IMG/VR virus record: IMGVR_UViG_3300038701_001143
Coordinates: 1-38,909 of that record
Direction: 5' to 3' (one strand)
DNA length: 38,909 bases
From: a virus
Shown here: positions 7,416 through 16,455 of the stretch, one piece after another
How the letters are laid out: each line of letters starts with the position of its first letter
How positions within the stretch are numbered: the stretch's first letter is position 1
The notes under the pieces: model-generated
Databases searched by the model: none
Seen by the model: the letters and a program-made list of their open reading frames with translations, nothing else
Told to the model about the DNA's origin: nothing
Translations under genes and position numbers: made by a program

Positions 7416-7700
7416 TTACTCTTTTATAAGATCGATAAACTGAGCGAATACTAGGACAATTCCAAAAGCAGTTCCAACACATGCAAAGATTTTCATGTTC
7501 TTATCTTGTGTTTTTTGAGCCCCTTCATGCTCGCGGTGTTTTGCGTGACACTCGTTTATGTCGCGCTCGTGGTCTCTGTCAGCTTGCTCTAGCCTTACGA
7601 TTCTTTCGCCTTGCGACACAACTGTAGCGCTCATGCCGGAGAGTTGGCCGATCATTGTTTTGATGTCGCCTTGGATTTCTTTAAGAATCTCATCATTCAT
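7416..7700 (-). CDS. Tail-anchored membrane protein (coiled coil plus C-terminal TM)
   Basis: 94 aa. C-terminal IFACVGTAFGIVLVFAQFI. Confidence 0.45.
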   Translation of the reverse strand: MNDEILKEIQGDIKTMIGQLSGMSATVVSQGERIVRLEQADRDHERDINECHAKHREHEGAQKTQDKNMKIFACVGTAFGIVLVFAQFIDLIKE

Positions 7701-7701
7701 T

Positions 7702-7899
7702 TTAGGAGTCCTCTAATCCAAGCTGAATAATGCGAGTTTCCATATCTAATTCGGTGTCGAAATATTCGATTGTGTGTGGCGTTATTCCATGACCACATTG
7801 ACCTTTAAACAAGACCTTTGAGTCATCATGCAATACCATCCAATGGTCTCCATTGCAGAATATCTCAGATATGCCGTTCTCTTGTGGCGTAACTATCAT
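7702..7899 (-). CDS. Hypothetical protein (65 aa)
   Basis: The ATG at 7899 forms an ATGA overlap with the stop of the LRR gene. The track start is 7926. Confidence 0.45.
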   Translation of the reverse strand: MIVTPQENGISEIFCNGDHWMVLHDDSKVLFKGQCGHGITPHTIEYFDTELDMETRIIQLGLEDS

Positions 7900-9131
7900 A
7901 CTGCACCCCCATCTGCAATAGACCAAGCTGGGCTTCTAGTGACCGTCAAATCAGTATAAGCTGTAGCTGTTGCGCCGCTATTTGTGTATTTAGAGCCACC
8001 CGCACCAACAGGAACATTCGTGTTTACATTGTTATTAGACCAGTCTTGAATCATCTGGTCATAAACTGAGGTTAGCAACGTCAAGCCAGTCCAAGTCTCA
8101 CCCATATCATCAGCTGAGCTGTAATCGAATGCACTGAAGTCAAAACTGTTTAGAGAGGTTGAGTCTCTAAAGGCACTAGACCAATCCTCAACATTGCCAT
8201 AACCCAAGTCTGGAATAGTTGTTAAGGCTGTATTTCTGAATGTGCTATCTAATTTAACACATGAAGCCGGTAGAGACCCAGAGAACGTAACAGTTGTGAG
8301 GCTTGAACAGTTCGCGAATATATAATTAAATGAGGCAAATGATGCACCTGTTAGAGTTATAGTCCCAACAGTTTCTAGTGATGAGCAATTTATAAAAATA
8401 TTACCAGCGGTGTTAACCCCACCTGTGGTACTGGATAAATTTATATCCCCACCTGTTACAAGACTTGAGCAATTCTGAAAAATCGCAAACATTCCCGTGG
8501 CTGATGCGGTTGAAGTGATAGGCCATGTTTCTAGACTCGAACAACCATTAAAAGAACCTTGAAAATTAGTTACTAATTCAGTGCTCATTTGAGAAACTGT
8601 AGTCAAAGAAGAACAACCAGTATAAATATCCTTCATAGATACAGCGCCAATATTGACAAGATTTGCTCCCGTAGTGATTGAAGTACATCCACGAAAACCA
8701 GCATTTAAGCTTGTCATTTCAGTACAATCTAGCTCATCTGTCGCCTCTATATCCATTGCAGAGCAACCGAAAAATGCATCGTCAAAGTTATGCCAAGTAA
8801 AGCCGGTACCCCATTGTTTAATTTTCTTCAGCTTGGTTTTATCACCGCCATTATCGAACCTAATCTGACCAAAGTTTTGTTGATTATTTGTAAGCGTAAC
8901 TGTATAGGTGCCAGCGTCTGCATATACATGTGCTAAATCAGCGTCGTTGTATGTTGTGATCGTATCGCTTGAGTTATCACCCCAATCAATATTGAAATTA
9001 TAAGTTGAGGTGTTACCAAGGGGAAGAGTGAAAGTCTCACTTGCACCCGTGGTTTGAACTTCCAAAATCATTGATTCAGTGTCGGCAAAAACCCCGCCGC
9101 CAACTACGTCAATGCCTATTGCAATCTTCAA
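7896..9131 (-). CDS. BspA-type leucine-rich-repeat (LRR_5/DUF285-like) virion fibre / receptor-binding candidate
   Basis: About 9 repeats of roughly 23-26 aa: FFGCSAM, FRGCTSIT, YTGCSSLTT, FNGCSSLET, FQNCSSLVT, FINCSSLET, FANCSSLTT, FRNTALTT, FRDSTSLNS. PKD-like N-terminus FNIDWGDNS...HVYADAGTYTVTL. Confidence 0.65.
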   Translation of the reverse strand: MKIAIGIDVVGGGVFADTESMILEVQTTGASETFTLPLGNTSTYNFNIDWGDNSSDTITTYNDADLAHVYADAGTYTVTLTNNQQNFGQIRFDNGGDKTKLKKIKQWGTGFTWHNFDDAFFGCSAMDIEATDELDCTEMTSLNAGFRGCTSITTGANLVNIGAVSMKDIYTGCSSLTTVSQMSTELVTNFQGSFNGCSSLETWPITSTASATGMFAIFQNCSSLVTGGDINLSSTTGGVNTAGNIFINCSSLETVGTITLTGASFASFNYIFANCSSLTTVTFSGSLPASCVKLDSTFRNTALTTIPDLGYGNVEDWSSAFRDSTSLNSFDFSAFDYSSADDMGETWTGLTLLTSVYDQMIQDWSNNNVNTNVPVGAGGSKYTNSGATATAYTDLTVTRSPAWSIADGGAV

Positions 9132-9140
9132 TGGATTGCC

Positions 9141-9407
9141 CTAGTAAAGAGAAACCATATCTGTTGCGGTCGTGCCTGTGCTGTTCACTCTGATGATTCT
9201 GATCGGAAGGATTGAACCTGCTAGGACACCCGTGAATACAATGGCTGTGCCTGTCTCGGCCATTTCAACAGAAACATTTCCCGCAACACCAACAAAAAGT
9301 CCTCGGCTTGTATTGTCCAAGTTAACGGAATCGCTTGGAGTTACTTCTTCAGCGCTTGGTGCAGGACTGTCTAGCCCTGTTTGATATTTGTCGAATTCGT
9401 CAGCCAT
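9141..9407 (-). CDS. Small spike-base-like structural protein (RcGTA Rcc01079-like, tentative)
   Basis: LDSPAPSAEEVTPSDSVNLDNTSRGLFVGVAGNVSV...AIVFTGVLAGSILPIRIIRVNSTGTTATDMVSLY resembles the roughly 90-aa family I recall from GTA and alphaproteobacterial phages. Confidence 0.35.
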   Translation of the reverse strand: MADEFDKYQTGLDSPAPSAEEVTPSDSVNLDNTSRGLFVGVAGNVSVEMAETGTAIVFTGVLAGSILPIRIIRVNSTGTTATDMVSLY

Positions 9408-9442
9408 GTTGATATTTTATTCCTTTTGAGTTAGTTGTCTAT

Positions 9443-9997
9443 TTAGAGCCAAATGTATAGGATAGCGTCAGCTTTTGAACTTGCTGTTTGACTAAAATCA
9501 TAATCAGAGCCGCTTTTTAAAACTTGTATTCCGTGAGTCGAACCAGTTGATCCAGACGGCAAAATCAAAGAATTTGACCCTGTAATAGTTCCGCTAACTG
9601 TGTGACCACCTCCAGAACTATCTTCACCAATGCCGACAAACGTATCATCTGAAGCATCAATTATTGCCATTGGTGGATATGTTGAAGATGCCCCTTGAGC
9701 ATAAATCAAAAGGTATCGATTTGTTTGAATAGCAACAGATGTTGCAGGAGTTACAGAAACGCCGGCTACTCCTTTTGTTCCATTTACTCCAAAAGAGCTA
9801 GAAAGAGTCCACTGCAAAACACCAGAGCCGGCAGTCTCCAAAACCTTGTTCGCTGTTGTCTCGCTTGTCTTCTGCGTTCCCGCATTGACCCAATAAGCAT
9901 TATCTCTTAATCGAGTCATTAAAGACTCAGTGATTGGACTCTCTGCATCGACTTCAGCGTCGTTGATTGCTGTAAAATTGCCTATTGTTGTTGCCAT
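9443..9997 (-). CDS. Tail fibre/structural protein (tentative)
   Basis: N-terminal INDAEVDAESPITESLMTRLRDNAYW motif common in phage fibre N-termini, followed by a Ser/Gly/Thr-rich beta region. Confidence 0.4.
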   Translation of the reverse strand: MATTIGNFTAINDAEVDAESPITESLMTRLRDNAYWVNAGTQKTSETTANKVLETAGSGVLQWTLSSSFGVNGTKGVAGVSVTPATSVAIQTNRYLLIYAQGASSTYPPMAIIDASDDTFVGIGEDSSGGGHTVSGTITGSNSLILPSGSTGSTHGIQVLKSGSDYDFSQTASSKADAILYIWL

Positions 9998-10194
9998 TGT
10001 GTGACTCTCTTAATTGGAAAACGCTTTCTTGCTTGGATTAGCTTTTCTATCACATCACCAACCGAGTCGGGGCAAATGCGGTGTCCTTTTGTGTACTTCT
10101 CTGAGGTGCCGGCATAGTCTTTTTGCATTTCAATGCAAGCCTCAATAACCTCCCAATATTGGTCAAGGATGACTCTGTAATCTTTGTCGGTCAT
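9982..10194 (-). CDS. Hypothetical protein
   Basis: 70-aa ORF with ATGA overlap to the hub gene stop. Confidence 0.45.
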   Translation of the reverse strand: MTDKDYRVILDQYWEVIEACIEMQKDYAGTSEKYTKGHRICPDSVGDVIEKLIQARKRFPIKRVTQWQQQ

Positions 10195-12062
10195 ATAATA
10201 ACGTATGGTCTCTCGTTTGGTGAAAACCCGGGGTTGCTGTCGCCCCTATCGGTCTCAGCGATAAAGGCATATTTAGATTTTAATTCAACTGACGCGCTTG
10301 AATAGTCCGGAAAATCACTCACCCCATCATCTGGGTCTAAATCAGGAGTTATTAGGCCGTAAATGCTTGGCTCTGACCCGTCATAAATACCACCGATCGA
10401 TTGGAAAACATATTCATAAGAAGGCATGTTTTTATTAAGCTTTTCAGTCACCTTTAAACATCGATAGTTTCTCTCAACTGGTGCGCCGAATCTATCTTGC
10501 ACTTGGCGAGTTGTCAAAGAAACCTTGTCACCTGTCCAAGCGTCGTCATCTTTGGGGTCTAGCGTTGCGCTTATGATGTGCTTTGTGTCTCGATAATCGT
10601 TTACATATCTGTTTGATATTTCAGAGGCGACCGCTTTATTATCTAAACTTAACCATCTAGAAAATACTTTTTTAATTCTTGATTGGCCATACTCCAGAGA
10701 CAATTCAGCGTCAAGGTCCGCGCTAACTTTCACAACTGAAAAGTTCTTGATTTCATCCATTTCTAAAACTGGACTGCGCAAACCATAGTGAAGCCAGAAC
10801 TGTGAAACCCTGCTTTTGTCATCTCTAGCAACTGCAACCGAACCGGCTATTAAATGAGAGTCATCATCAAAAGGTCCATAGTCGTTAGCCCTTCTAATGA
10901 TTGAATCCATCTTAACTTTTTGATCCCGCTCATCCCACCAAATCAAAATCGTGTGTTGGGTTATTTCTTCAAGTAGTTCTTTTACTGCCGTCGGTTCAGT
11001 TATTAACGCTGTGAATGTATAACTTTGAAGACCAAAATCAATCACATCCTGCCATCCTGACAAGTCTAGATAGCTTGAGCTAATCCCCGCAACATCTTCA
11101 AGAAGGTTTTGAACAATGTTATCAACCTCAAGGCCATCATAGAAATAGCAGTGCTGCACACTTGCATCCTCGCTGTGTTCTTCCTCTGTGACAGTCCCAG
11201 AATAGGCCGCCGGCATAGTTGCCCTCGTGACTGTCAGCGTGTAGGCTCCCGCCGATCCTGTGAGGTTTGTGCATAGCATTAACTCGTCATCTATTCTTAT
11301 GTAAACCTGTGAGGCTCCAACATTTGCTGCGTCATCATAAGCGTCTTTTATGTCATCGTTCGGATCAGTTATATCAAATGTTGATACGCCTGTTCCAAGG
11401 TCAGCGTCAAGAGTTGCCTGTGATTGTGTGGGCTGATTCGCCTTTTCACCATCTGCAAATTTTAAGATGTCTTTCGCAACTAAAGTGACCTTCCCATTAT
11501 CGGACGGGCCTTTGATTGTGTCCAGAAAATATGTTCGAGTGACAAAATTAGCAGCGTCATAGGTGCCATCATCAGCTAAGTATCCAGTTTTTACACGCAC
11601 CTCATTATTCTCATAAAAAGGCCATCTAGTTATCATCTTTCCCCAGAATGAGCCTTGTTCTTGTGGCGTGTAGCTTCTGTTTGCCACATAGCTATCGATC
11701 CCCTCATCGGTGTATGGATGATCCGTCAGAGTGATTGATACGCTTGAACGTATGCCCAACCCCTTAGATGGGGTCAAAACTGTCGGTGCTGTGTTTAAAC
11801 TAACCACTGTAGGGAATGTTGGAGTTTCCCCCGCGCCTTGAATACCGTCAATTCTGACTGATGAGAACCGAAATGTTTTTGTTGTTGATGCGTAATTTGG
11901 TTGGTCTTGGCATGTGGCGAATGAATTAAAGCACTCTGTGCCTGATGCCCCTGAAGCGGTGCAAGGTGATGAGCCGTAAGTCAGAGAACAGGCTTTGTAA
12001 TCGATCTCAACTAAAACTATAGGCTGCCGCCCTGATAAAATCTTTACGTCGTCGTATGCCAT
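10191..12062 (-). CDS. Tail hub / tip protein (gpJ- or Tal-like), assigned by position
   Basis: 623 aa, two genes after the tape measure. N-terminal IVLVEIDYKACSLTYGSSPCTASGASGTECFNSFATCQDQPNY Cys motif, as seen in siphovirus tail-tip proteins. Confidence 0.5.
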   Translation of the reverse strand: MAYDDVKILSGRQPIVLVEIDYKACSLTYGSSPCTASGASGTECFNSFATCQDQPNYASTTKTFRFSSVRIDGIQGAGETPTFPTVVSLNTAPTVLTPSKGLGIRSSVSITLTDHPYTDEGIDSYVANRSYTPQEQGSFWGKMITRWPFYENNEVRVKTGYLADDGTYDAANFVTRTYFLDTIKGPSDNGKVTLVAKDILKFADGEKANQPTQSQATLDADLGTGVSTFDITDPNDDIKDAYDDAANVGASQVYIRIDDELMLCTNLTGSAGAYTLTVTRATMPAAYSGTVTEEEHSEDASVQHCYFYDGLEVDNIVQNLLEDVAGISSSYLDLSGWQDVIDFGLQSYTFTALITEPTAVKELLEEITQHTILIWWDERDQKVKMDSIIRRANDYGPFDDDSHLIAGSVAVARDDKSRVSQFWLHYGLRSPVLEMDEIKNFSVVKVSADLDAELSLEYGQSRIKKVFSRWLSLDNKAVASEISNRYVNDYRDTKHIISATLDPKDDDAWTGDKVSLTTRQVQDRFGAPVERNYRCLKVTEKLNKNMPSYEYVFQSIGGIYDGSEPSIYGLITPDLDPDDGVSDFPDYSSASVELKSKYAFIAETDRGDSNPGFSPNERPYVII

Positions 12063-12839
12063 CTAGATTGCGTTCTCGTCTGCCGTTAAGAATCTACAAT
12101 CCATTGAAGCAGATAAGAGCCCCGCGCTTGAATGAGATGGTGCTTTTATTCCGGTAGCAATAGCGAAAGCCGTTTCATCTGTGTAGTCTCGATTATTCCA
12201 TTGATAAATAAAGGCGTATCGTGCCGCGTGTTGTGAGAATGGTTCCCATGTAGAGCGAACCCAAGCCGCACTCAAATGGTCTAGGTCAATCTTGCCTTTC
12301 TTCTCAATTCGTTTTATTGATCGACCTAGAATGCTTCCATTCTGACTTATTGAATTAGACACTTGAATACCTTGATGGAATGTTGGCACTGTTGCGCTAG
12401 CCCATTGCCCCCGCTCTGCCGTCATCACTTCACCAACAACAAGCTGTCTAATCAATAGCGTTCCAGTTCCTACAGTTATTACAAATCTTATTTTCCTTCC
12501 ACTTGAAACAGTGACACCTGTAAATTCATCAAAAATAAGCTTACCGCTTGTCGTTGATTGTGTTGATAAAGTTGTGAACGTGGAAGGGCTTGACTCATAT
12601 TGAAGGACAATTGAATGTGAGCCTGTGCCGGTGAAGGTTGCGACGTATAAAGCTACTGAATCAATATCCGTGTCTGTCGTCATGGTGTAATCTAGTGACC
12701 CGCTATCGCTAGAAAAATAACTATAATCGAGCCAATCCGTCGCGTTTGCAGGTCCAGAACCGCTTACAGTAGTTCCGGACCATGTTGGAGTTATGCCACG
12801 AAGAACATTTGAATAAAGAAACTTAGGCGTTATGGCCAT
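12063..12839 (-). CDS. Distal tail protein-like structural protein, assigned by position
   Basis: 258-aa beta-rich ORF immediately upstream of the hub gene. Confidence 0.4.
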   Translation of the reverse strand: MAITPKFLYSNVLRGITPTWSGTTVSGSGPANATDWLDYSYFSSDSGSLDYTMTTDTDIDSVALYVATFTGTGSHSIVLQYESSPSTFTTLSTQSTTSGKLIFDEFTGVTVSSGRKIRFVITVGTGTLLIRQLVVGEVMTAERGQWASATVPTFHQGIQVSNSISQNGSILGRSIKRIEKKGKIDLDHLSAAWVRSTWEPFSQHAARYAFIYQWNNRDYTDETAFAIATGIKAPSHSSAGLLSASMDCRFLTADENAI

Positions 12840-13527
12840 TTTTCGTCAACTCAATATTGTTAAGTGCTATATTTCTTTCACTTGCTGCCTCGTCCTCTGT
12901 TTGGTAGGTTCCGACATTTATGAATTTTCCATCAATCCTTAAATAAGCTTGGTAGTTCCCTGCTGCATTAACCCTGACGCCTTCATATTTAGATGTCTTC
13001 TTTCTTAAACATTTACTTCTTACATATTCAACGCCTAACCTAAGAGCCTCTTTATATTTATCAGAAGCTTCGGCAATTGTCTTAAATGTTCCAACTCTAT
13101 ATTTCTTTCCAGTTCTGGGGCACCTAAGAGTCGCGGCATAACCCCTTTGGGTTTTGCTTACCCCAGTAGGGAGCCCATTTTTCAAATTCCTTAACTGCAA
13201 TGATGTGTTTTCTCGATGAGTTAAATATGTTAAATTATCTATTTGATTATTTTCTTTATTACTATCTATGTGATGAACATGAACTTTATCTCCTTGCTCG
13301 CCTATAAAAGACCATGCAACAAGCCTATGAATGCCAAGTGTTCTAGGATGCTTTAGTGGATGATATAAATTAACTTGAAGATAGCCATTTGTAGACCTAT
13401 CTTTTTTTAAATTCTTCCCCCTCAAGCCTCTTCCATCTCTTCCAATTCTATCAACTGACCTGACATTTCCAAGATTACTGACTTGATAACAGCCCTCATA
13501 ACTTGGCACGTCTTTCCAAATTTCCAT
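12823..13527 (-). CDS. Free-standing homing endonuclease: NUMOD4 - HNH - 2x AP2 DNA-binding domains
   Basis: MEIWKDVPSYEGCYQVSNLGNVRS (NUMOD4). HRLVAWSFIG...VHHIDSNKENNQIDNLTYLTHRENT (HNH_3). GVSKTQRGYAATL...VGTFKTIAEASDKY and YEGVRVNAAGNYQAYL...VGTYQTEDEAA (AP2). I prefer the ATG at 13527 (GAGG upstream); the track extends to 13644. Confidence 0.8.
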   Translation of the reverse strand: MEIWKDVPSYEGCYQVSNLGNVRSVDRIGRDGRGLRGKNLKKDRSTNGYLQVNLYHPLKHPRTLGIHRLVAWSFIGEQGDKVHVHHIDSNKENNQIDNLTYLTHRENTSLQLRNLKNGLPTGVSKTQRGYAATLRCPRTGKKYRVGTFKTIAEASDKYKEALRLGVEYVRSKCLRKKTSKYEGVRVNAAGNYQAYLRIDGKFINVGTYQTEDEAASERNIALNNIELTKNGHNA

Positions 13528-13646
13528 TTTACTGACCTCTTGACCCCTGTTAAAAAATGAGGGGCTGCTCGGGGTCAGTAAAGAGCATACGATGGTAGCT
13601 AACCAAATCGCTGCCCCTCCAATGACATTATAGTTCAATAACATAT

Positions 13647-15398
13647 TTATACAGTCATCACCGCGTTAAGTTTTACGTTATCTGATGTAGCCTCGTTGAT
13701 ACTTCCAATCAAGCCGCGTATTTGTTCACCGCTGAATGAGTCGCCTTGTAGGGTTACGTCTACGTTTGTGGTTTGAGAAGTTCCAACTCCTGCATCTTGC
13801 AAAGCCTCTGATGAAGCTGATGCTGGTGATGATGCGCCACCTCCGGCCCCGCCACCTCCGCCGCCAAACTGCACAGACTGTATCTTTGAAACTTGAGCAA
13901 GACCTGTTCCAACCACTTGGGCCATTGCAATAAGATTGTACGGATAAGGAAGCTCAAGAGCTTTTGCCCCACCCTTGAATGTTGAGATTGTCGCTTCGGC
14001 GATCCCTAATGCCTTAGTAAACTCAAACATCTTTCTACTTCTTCCCTGCGTCATTGTCAGCAAGTTATTAAAGAAATCGCTAGCTATTTTAAGTTTTCCT
14101 TGGTATCCACTATCCCACAACCATTGCATTTTTCTAAATTGCTCTTCATGGTCCCCGAGCTCCCTGTCTAAAAAAGCCTTTCTTTGCTCTTCTAGTCTAG
14201 CAAATTGCTCGAAGTTCCTTGACATTAAGTCTTCAAATTCTTCTGGCCCATAAACACCATATCCCATATCAAGATTTTTTTTCTTTTCTTCCTCGTCCTC
14301 TTCTTCATCACCATATTTTTTATTGTATTCTTCTTGCATATTAAATGATGATGGAGTATCGTCTTCAGACTGAAACGGACCAAACATTTTCCCTGTATCC
14401 ATCATCTTGTCTTTCTCATCATTTATTTGACGCGTAAGCTCTAATATTTCCTCTTCAATTTTCTTTTCTTGCTGAATAGCTATCAGTCTAAGTCTACCGA
14501 CCCCCTCTTTATCCTTTGCATACTTGGCCTGCAATGCCTGTAACTCCACAAGTTTAGCTTCCTTATCTTCTAGCGTCACCAAGATACCAAGCATCTTATT
14601 TACTTGCTTAATACCTTCAATTGCTCCATCAAGAACTTTCTCAAGCAATGGAGCCATGTGAATAAGCACTTCATTCATAAGTCCCTCAAATCCCATCTTG
14701 AGCTTTTCGACTGACTTAGCAGCCTCCTCCATAGCTCTTAAATCTGTCTCGCTTAAAACTTGATTCAATTCTCTAGCTTCTCCGGCCATATCCTCCAAGC
14801 CAAGAGATCCATTTTTAAGGACATTAATCATTCTTATGCCGGGATCAGAAACTAATTCATCTAGTGAAAGCCTAGCTAATCCATCCTCTGACTTCTTGAC
14901 CGCATCAGCCAAAGCATAAAACTGATCCTCTGGGCTTAATCTTATCAACTCTTCAGCAGATAAACCAATCCTATCAAGTGCCGTGACCATGCTTTCAGAA
15001 CCTTCAGCCGCTTCACCAACTCTAATCCCAAAATCCTTTATCACATCATAAACATCTTCTGAGTTAGCTCCAAAGTTCCTAGCTGCAAATGTAAATTCTT
15101 GAAACTTCTGAGTTGAAACACCTAAGTTTTTAGCTGTTCTTAATATTCCTGCATTTGAATTTAACCTTTCAAGCATTGCCTCGAATGGAGCTAGAGCCGC
15201 CTTTGCACCATCAACCGCTAGGCCATAAGTCCCTAATGCTTTTGTTGCTGCGCCTATCCCACTAGACAAAGCCCCAAAAGAAGCTTTCATTCTTTCTGTA
15301 GTTGACTTCGTAGAGTCTTGAGCTATGCCTAATTTCTTTAAAAGATCAGATACATCAGCCTTGACTTCTACTAAAAGATCATCTACCTTACTGGCCAT
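13647..15398 (-). CDS. Tail tape measure protein
   Basis: 583-aa helical/coiled-coil protein after the G/GT chaperones. Gly-run FGGGGGGAGGGASS near the C-terminus. Confidence 0.75.
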   Translation of the reverse strand: MASKVDDLLVEVKADVSDLLKKLGIAQDSTKSTTERMKASFGALSSGIGAATKALGTYGLAVDGAKAALAPFEAMLERLNSNAGILRTAKNLGVSTQKFQEFTFAARNFGANSEDVYDVIKDFGIRVGEAAEGSESMVTALDRIGLSAEELIRLSPEDQFYALADAVKKSEDGLARLSLDELVSDPGIRMINVLKNGSLGLEDMAGEARELNQVLSETDLRAMEEAAKSVEKLKMGFEGLMNEVLIHMAPLLEKVLDGAIEGIKQVNKMLGILVTLEDKEAKLVELQALQAKYAKDKEGVGRLRLIAIQQEKKIEEEILELTRQINDEKDKMMDTGKMFGPFQSEDDTPSSFNMQEEYNKKYGDEEEDEEEKKKNLDMGYGVYGPEEFEDLMSRNFEQFARLEEQRKAFLDRELGDHEEQFRKMQWLWDSGYQGKLKIASDFFNNLLTMTQGRSRKMFEFTKALGIAEATISTFKGGAKALELPYPYNLIAMAQVVGTGLAQVSKIQSVQFGGGGGGAGGGASSPASASSEALQDAGVGTSQTTNVDVTLQGDSFSGEQIRGLIGSINEATSDNVKLNAVMTV

Positions 15399-16016
15399 CT
15401 ATTTTATCACTTTTCTTATGTAGTAATTTGGCTCTGTTATCGCTATGCCTAGCTTCAAAGTCCTCAATAGCTTCGATGCTAAAACATGACTCATCAGCGC
15501 TATCGAATGGATTGTCTTCGTCACATTCCGCAATAAGAATGTATTCAGACAAAGTAAAGTTCCAAGCGTCTTTCGGGCTAATATGCAAACTCTTGATGAG
15601 TCGTGACGGATAACGCCACCAACTAACATCTTCTACAGCTCCGCTTCGGTCGGGGGAAGCTCCCCTTCTATCTTTTTTAAATCATTATCACTTGCGACTG
15701 ATTTAGATAGAAATGAAATAGCGGCAGGAAGACAAGATGCATACCCGTGTTTTTGGCACTCGTTACCTATTTTCTTGAAGCTTGGACAATCCAAGCCCCT
15801 GCCCTGAAATTCATACTCTCCCTTGATTCCTGCCCATATACACGAAACAATAACCTTGATACTTAGCTTTTGATGCTGTGCCATTTCTTGCAGTGCATCA
15901 AAAACGTCCTTCCCTGCCTTGTCGTTAAACTCCATTATAGCCTCAAAAGAAGGGCGAAGAGTGTACTCCACGCCGTTCAATTTGATTTCAAATGAGGATC
16001 TAAATTTGTTACCCAT
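15388..16016 (-). CDS. Tail assembly chaperone GT fusion made by programmed -1 frameshift (about 209 aa)
   Basis: Slippery A_AAA_AAG at 15678..15672, in frame as ttA-AAA-AAG. The -1 frame is open from the slip site to the stop at 15388 (...KKDRRGSFPDRSGAVEDVSWWRYPSRLIKSLHISPKDAWNFTLSEY...). Confidence 0.65.
15633..16016 (-). CDS. Tail assembly chaperone G (GTA gp10-like)
   Basis: FEIKLNGVEYTLRPSFEAIMEFNDKAG...VIVSCIWAGIKG pattern. Sits between the major tail and tape measure genes. Confidence 0.65.
   Translation of the reverse strand: MGNKFRSSFEIKLNGVEYTLRPSFEAIMEFNDKAGKDVFDALQEMAQHQKLSIKVIVSCIWAGIKGEYEFQGRGLDCPSFKKIGNECQKHGYASCLPAAISFLSKSVASDNDLKKIEGELPPTEAEL
15653..15678 (-). promoter_or_regulatory. 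-1 ribosomal frameshift signal: heptamer AAAAAAG, 6-nt spacer, GGGGA-gct-TCCCC hairpin
   Basis: Read directly from the minus strand: ttAAAAAAGatagaaGGGGAGCTTCCCC. Confidence 0.6.
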
Positions 16017-16031
16017 TCCTAATCTTCCTTA

Positions 16032-16439
16032 TTAACCAGTGAAAGTTGGTGTTCCGTCGTTAGACAGAGTACAAGAAAACGTTTGAGCGTTGTTATACTC
16101 GCCGCCACGTTCCAAGCTATCCACATGAAAATCGCATTCACATGTTTTGCTGTTTCCGTAAAGAAATTGATAAGACAAAATGGAATCATTGTCTGCTGCA
16201 TCAGCAAGAAGCTCATAGTTTGCATCGTCAGAGATCCAACCATTCAAACTGATCTGCAAAGAGCGTTGACCTGCATTAAGCATATCACGCCATCGAGAAG
16301 AGTCCTTGTCTGAAACATCAATTGCTTCATTATTCAATGTCATTGTGTGCGAGATAACCCCGCCAATGGTGCTGTAAGAAGATGAGCCCGGTGATGATTC
16401 AACTTTTAGTACAGCGTCTACGCCGTTATATTTAGCCAT
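16032..16439 (-). CDS. Major tail protein (TP901-1 / GTA phi13-type family)
   Basis: GVDAVLKVE...TIGGVISHTMTLNNEAIDVSDKDSSRWRDMLNAGQRSLQISLNGW...FHVDSLERGGEYNNAQTFSCTL matches the family pattern. Confidence 0.8.
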   Translation of the reverse strand: MAKYNGVDAVLKVESSPGSSSYSTIGGVISHTMTLNNEAIDVSDKDSSRWRDMLNAGQRSLQISLNGWISDDANYELLADAADNDSILSYQFLYGNSKTCECDFHVDSLERGGEYNNAQTFSCTLSNDGTPTFTG

Positions 16440-16455
16440 GAGTGAAACTCCTTAT

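Noticed and set aside
5999-9131. Diversity-generating retroelement targeting the LamG/LRR fibre genes
   Set aside because: There is no reverse transcriptase anywhere in the genome, and I found no template/variable repeat pair by eye.
13528-13644. 39-aa N-terminal extension of the HNH ORF (MLLNYNVIGG...)
   Set aside because: NUMOD4 domains begin at the protein N-terminus (MEIWKD...). The extension is hydrophobic and lacks an SD, whereas the ATG at 13527 has one.
15399-15629. 76-aa ORF between chaperone G and the tape measure
   Set aside because: It is the third frame of the G/T region, with a basic, hydrophobic junk-like sequence. The -1 frame continuous with the A_AAA_AAG slip site explains the region.
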